Assembly (NCBI GenBank): GCA_965637545.1
Contig: OZ281497.1
Span: 17,050,001-17,114,000, forward strand
Origin: Phallusia mammillata
Lineage: Eukaryota
Length of the DNA stretch: 64,000 nt
Direction of reading: 5' to 3'
A model generated the notes under the pieces. That model saw only the letters and a list, made by a program, of their open reading frames with translations, searched no databases and had not been told where the DNA came from. Positions 58,801-64,000 of the stretch are shown one piece after another. Numbering within the stretch: position 1 is the first letter of the stretch; each line of letters begins with the position of its first letter. A program made the translations under genes and the position numbers.

Positions 58801-61800
58801 GCCCTTTTCTCACAATTTTTTTGTTTTGTGTTTTTAGGGGAAAATCTCCAGCAGATGCTGATTTCCAACTTTTGGACATTGCCAGACACCTTGAACACTA
58901 CGGTTTAAGGTTACACACAGCTAAAGATCAAGAAAACACTGAAATAAGCCTTGCAGTGGCCAACATGGGGGTGGTTGTTTTCAGGGCAAGTTTCTCATTT
59001 GTTTTTCTTTCACATAACAGTACAATAAACCACAAACTGTATGGTGGCCTTGTCTGCTATTGTGTGCTTTGAAAACTGAATAAAGGGGTGACATCCAGGG
59101 TCAATGGTGCTTGTAAAAGCAGCTTAATTGCTCTGTATGCCCAGTAAGTGTGCTTGGAAGACTCACTTGTTGCTTTTGATTATGTTTTAGGGAAATGCCA
59201 AAATCAACACATTCAATTGGGCAAGGATAAGAAAACTTAGCTTCAAGAAGAAAAGATTTCTGATCAAACTCAGGACTGAAGCAAATGTAAGTAGAATTTG
59301 CACTGTTGATATTGTGTGACTCATACCTAAATATAACAATACTGCAAATGCATTGTGAAGGATATGTTTTGTGTAACTTAATCACCACATTTCTTTAGCT
59401 TTTTGTGTAAAACATTTCAAACATATTTTGGTGTTTCATGTTTAGACCAACAATGTTGGGGACATCCTTGTGTTTGTGATGGCATCACGAAATACATGCA
59501 AGAACTTTTGGAGGCACTGCATCGAATATCATGCCTTCTTTAGACTGGAAATTCATCCTGAAAGAAAACCCCAACCAATGATATTAAAGCGAGGTTCAAC
59601 CTTTCGTTATAGGTAGGAAAAACTCATTTTTCTAATTTCCTGTCATAAAAACAGTTCCTCTCTTGCACGGTTTATACACTTTTATTGTTATAAAACACAG
59701 AAAAAAAGTATAAATTTTGGGTCAAAATTTGAGAACAACTTTGAATGTAGAACCATAATACATACCAAAACATCAAAAATTAAACTCTTTTATGACAAAT
59801 CGGGTGAAATACTCCTGAATGGGATAAAAAGAAACTGGAATACTATTAACTGCAACTTCAAGTTTCTTTTTTGTTCAGTGGTAAAACTCAGAAGCAACTA
59901 CATGAGTTGGTCCGCAACAGCAATTTCCGAAGGACAGCATTTGTTCGAATGTCCAGTCGAAAACCTGGAGCTAAACCGAAGAGGCACTCGTTTGATGCCA
60001 CTCCTTCTTTCAGGCCGCCAGTTGTGGAAAATGTGAGTTGTCTTGGAACATGATGAGTCATCATTGATGACTAATGTGTGGGTTGGCAAACTGTGCCATT
60101 AGATCGAGACAATTCGATTACTAATTATTACCTTTGGGGGCACCACTGTATTTATAGACATACTTGTGGTGCATATAGATTAATGGGTCTGCACTTTAAC
60201 TTTGGAATGTATGTGTGAATAAAATAAAGTGATTAAATACAGAAATTGCACCAATATGGTCATGTTTTTGCATTCTATTGCATTTCTTATTGCACAAGTC
60301 AAAAATTTCCATAAAAAAGTGAAAAGCTATTCATAAATAAAAACGTTGTTTCCAGTTATGTTGCTTGAGCTTTAAATTTGTTTAACTTCATGCTACAGGG
60401 TTCAAAAGTGGAAGTAATGACACATGAAGCAAATGTGGATATACCAAGTCCTATTTCACACCACAGTGAACCGCGAGAGCATCACATTCCTGGTAAGTTC
60501 ATGCTGCTGCAAAGACCAGTTAGATATTATGCTTTATTCTTCACATGGGGGTTTCAATATTTAACCGATTTATCACCTTTGGTTTAACCTCATTGAAACG
60601 AACATAAGAGCGTATCGTTAGTCTGTGGGCGCCATAACATCAATTATAACCAGTACGCGCGGTAGTTCAGCCCGGGCTCAGCGCCAACCCCTTGCCGGGT
60701 GTGAGACACAAGTGGGTTTGACAACAAAACAAAGCTCTCCAAGCCCCACTCACGCGTCAACTCATCCACAGAATACTCAGGCGTATCGCCCACCGACGAC
60801 CACGCATCAGACGAGGGACAGAAGCCGCCGTCTCCCTACGAAACACCACACGATCCACCACCTACGTCCCAACAGAGCCCGTCATACATGGCCGCCCAAG
60901 CGTGGCAGGTCGAGAGCGAGCATCTCCACAGCAGCGTGGCAAGCTCTCATGCAGAACCGCGCGACCGACACGCGGAGGAGCAAGGTAACACTTCTGAGGA
61001 GTTGCATGCTGAAGACACTGACCCGAACAATAGCGTGTGTGTTGTTGATTGTAAGGGCGCTAAGTTGCAGAGCCCCGACCTGTTAAGAAACGTAACTTGT
61101 GCTACTGCTGCGAGTCCGCCGACCCGCACAAATGACAACCGTGTCGCGTACGCAGCGTTGCCGTCGCCGGTATTACCGCACATCAGCCAAACCATATTTA
61201 GCATCGAAAGTGTGAGCAGTTCAAGCAAGTCGAGTATCAGTAGATCAAGCACAGGCCGATCGAGCAATAGTCTCAGGTCCAGAAGCCAGCAGCCACTGCC
61301 CCCTCCTCCACCACCACCCGAAGTTGATGACGTGATCGTGAAACCACCTCCGTTGCCCCCGAAGTCGTTCAAAGTAGCCACACCGAAGCAACGACCTCGC
61401 ATCACTTTAGCTCCGAATCATGATCACAGCAATATTGACAGCAGCACCGACGAACTGTGCGACCGAGACTCAAGCACTGAGCTTTTGTCGAACCGACCAC
61501 TCAGAGAGCTAGCAAAGAACGAACATGCTATGAGCCTATCGGAAAGCGAAATTAGCATTCCAGGTATGGGCGGCGGAGTACGACGCACCCCGAGTCAATA
61601 TGCTGCCATGGAGAAGAAAATGATCAAAGCCGGATTTTACGCGGCGCCTTCGAAGCCTCCGATTCCGCCGTCAGTTAAGGAGAACGCCGATCTCGATGAC
61701 ATTGATCGCGCGCTCAATGAGCTCGATGCCGCCACACGCAGTCTTCAATATATCGACTCTGATGGAGATAATACAACATCAAGCGGCTTGAACGACAGCA

Positions 61801-62240
61801 ACAACGGAATGTATGGCGTAGTGGCTGAATCGGACAGTGAAGTCTCACTACATCGCACTCCTACCAACTCTGCTTCATTCGACCCTACGCTTATGACGCC
61901 TATAGCCATGAACTTTAACGACCGATACGCGGGGCCTGATTACGGCAGCACCGACGCGCTTTCGTCTTTTGCCGTCGAAATGGAAGCATCATTTGACCGA
62001 ATTCGTCAGTCGATGTCCACGGATGGACTGAACACCGATTCAAAACCTGTGAAAAACGGCCCGCTTCTTACTAGCAGCATGGATGTTCTGTCGATGGGAG
62101 ACGTTCAGTCTTTGCATGAGCGAACCACCGATATGTCGATGTTGTCCCGATGCGGTGCCAATCCAAACAATAACAACAGCTGTAGAGGAACGCCGGCAAA
62201 CGGCGGAGTGTGGGTCAACAGACATACGATGGATATTTGA
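55873..62240 (+). CDS. FERM-domain protein of the FRMD7/FARP family (FERM, FA, long disordered tail; no DH-PH), about 885 aa
   Basis: Exons 55873-55941, 57891-58038, 58203-58379, 58532-58667, 58838-58985, 59191-59286, 59446-59612, 59879-60032, 60399-60492, 60772-62240. Peptides [99 protein letters not shown]. The acceptor of the last exon is tentative. Confidence 0.88.
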
Positions 62241-63758
62241 AAAGACCTTTAAGACTGTGGTATATGGGAGGTGAAATTTGAAAGTTCATGCGGAAAGTTC
62301 AACACCGACAACAGAGCTAAGACGTGGATTATTTGAGAGACTTCAGTTTTACACTGATTGAAATAAACTCCAGAGCAAGCGTTTTTTATGGGACCTTGAC
62401 AGCATGTCTCCACAAACTTAAACACATTACGGTAAACGTTTTGCCTGACCCGGTTTGACGCCTTAATTCTGATTGGTGTACTCACAATAACCTATCCCTT
62501 GCATGACAATCACAACTAACTATTCCTGCTTCTAATGCGAACTAACGTAATTAACGAACGCCATAATTCAGGGTGTGGTTTTAGGTCCGACAATTCACAT
62601 GCATCGCCACTGGGCTTTTTCCAAGGCTCAATTACCCGCTGTAAGCAACTTTAAGGCGTGGCTGTAAGATTAAGAGTGCTTTTCTATGGAGTGCCCTTAT
62701 CTGTAACCCCCAATAAAACATGTAATGAGGCTATATTCGCATTAAAGGACTTCTGCGTTGTAATGCTGTTAGAATAAAAATGTCAGAAGTAGTCCTAAAC
62801 TTACTTTTGCCAATTAATATGCCATTGAGTCTGTTACATTAGAAAGTGATTTTGTTGCGAACTAGGGTGCATGACGGTTTAAAAAAAGACGTACTACATC
62901 ACACACTGTTGTCATTTGTGTCTGGCGACTTCGCTTTGTCCCTTATGTTTGCTTGTCGGCTGGTTTGTCGCCATACCGTGAAAAAGTTCGCGTTTTTCAC
63001 CTATTTCTTCATTTTCGCCTTGACTTAAGCAATATGCCAAAGTGCATACAAATTTATCACTAAGTTTTTTTGTACGCCATAGGACATTGTGAAGCGTTTG
63101 TGTGATATTTATTAAACCCTTGAAGTTTGTGAAATTCCCTAACAAGGTTTGTGTTTTTTTCATTTCTACAACATTGTTTGATTGTTTTGAGTTTACCTTC
63201 ATCGTGTTTATGGCGAACAACTGTTTGATGCCAGTAAGCTACTGCTGGGCCAAACTTAATTAAAGCAAATAAATTAATGTAGCATTTAGAAAACCTTACC
63301 TTGCAACCGAATGTCGTTGTTTTTTCCCTACTTTTATTTTTTTTTTTCAAATGGAACCCCGGTCGTTTTTTTTTTTCACTACAAATTTTGAAAGTTGCCG
63401 TTTGACAAAAATGATTTTTATTTAAAGTTTTCTGTGGAGCTTTATATTATTCAGACATGTTGGTGCCAAATGCCTCAAAACGCTCCAACCTGCCAACATC
63501 GTGGGCAATTGCTAGGCTTAAAATAGCTGTGTTACTGTATTGAAAACGTTTTTGCTGATGTTTTTTTGCGAACGCGACTGGTGGAAATAAATTGAACGAG
63601 TGTGTGAGTTAACTTGAATGGTTATCTTTTCATGAGCTATAGACAGCTTCTGCCTTCTGCGCATGGAAGGTACGCGACGCGGTTGTCAATTGTCGATAAG
63701 ATTATTCGTTGTTACCGAAAGTTGATTATTATTGTCAAAAATGGTTATCACTTTTGTG

Positions 63759-64000
63759 ACAGATGTATTTCTGGAATTGCTTTAAACATCTGTACCGGAG
63801 TTTGCAAAATGTAATTATGTAGCAAACATGTAACCTACCAAACTAAATCAATACCACACATCACATTGGAAAAGGTTTAGCTGACCTTTGCCACATAAAA
63901 ACCCACTACCGGACGTTACTATAATCATTTCCATAATCCAACGCGGGTGGTGGTTGAAAACCAAAGCACTCCAGCACAGTAGTAGCCTGTTTTCCACGCC
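63759..64000 (-). CDS. Possible last two exons of a neighbouring gene entering from the right edge
   Basis: Open frame ...LLLCWSALVFNHHPRWIMEMIIVTSGSGFYVAK/gtcagc, then cag/ATGTTTAAAGCAATT ... TGA (MFKAIPEIHLSQK*). Product not recognised. Confidence 0.25.

Noticed and set aside
60625-62274. Overlapping ORFs at 60625-61086 (+), 60947-61405 (-) and 62040-62274
   Set aside because: Alternative-frame or antisense shadows of the GC-rich FERM tail exon.
1-64000. Prokaryotic or phage systems, CRISPR arrays, rRNA, tRNA
   Set aside because: The window is intron-rich metazoan DNA; I saw no repeat-spacer array, operon-like ORF cluster or complete cloverleaf.

Overview
This is eukaryotic (metazoan) genomic DNA with short AT-rich GT-AG introns, most consistent with an invertebrate chordate such as an ascidian; the taxon is an inference. 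No prokaryotic system, CRISPR array or RNA gene is supported. Three spliced genes were assembled by hand, with every intron phase checked. (1) CWC27, the spliceosomal cyclophilin: minus strand, 7-4315, 14 coding exons, about 513 aa. (2) Agrin: minus strand, 6517-51042, 44 core coding exons, about 2090 aa. Its order is NtA, 3 follistatin (FS), an extra SEA domain, 4 FS, 2 laminin-EGF, FS, Ser/Thr-rich region, SEA, LG1, 2 EGF, LG2, EGF, LG3. (3) A FRMD7/FARP-family FERM protein with no RhoGEF domain: plus strand, 55873-62240, 10 exons, one GC-AG intron. Several hAT MITEs with 8-bp target-site duplications and faint retroelement debris are also present. The most interesting signal is in agrin. 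Frame-preserving microexons that the ORF track misses sit at the positions of the vertebrate z/B site (27 nt and 15 nt, carrying an N-x-I/N-x-F motif and flanked by dense Nova-type YCAY clusters), the y/A site (24 nt, RKWYMKHW) and the post-SEA x site (105 nt). The protein also has a second SEA domain with an intact RPG-SVV autoproteolysis motif, a Kazal module that has lost exactly one disulfide pair, no detectable EGF1, and candidate alternative first exons in the large post-NtA intron. All alternative exons are predictions from splice signals and frame only and need transcript evidence.
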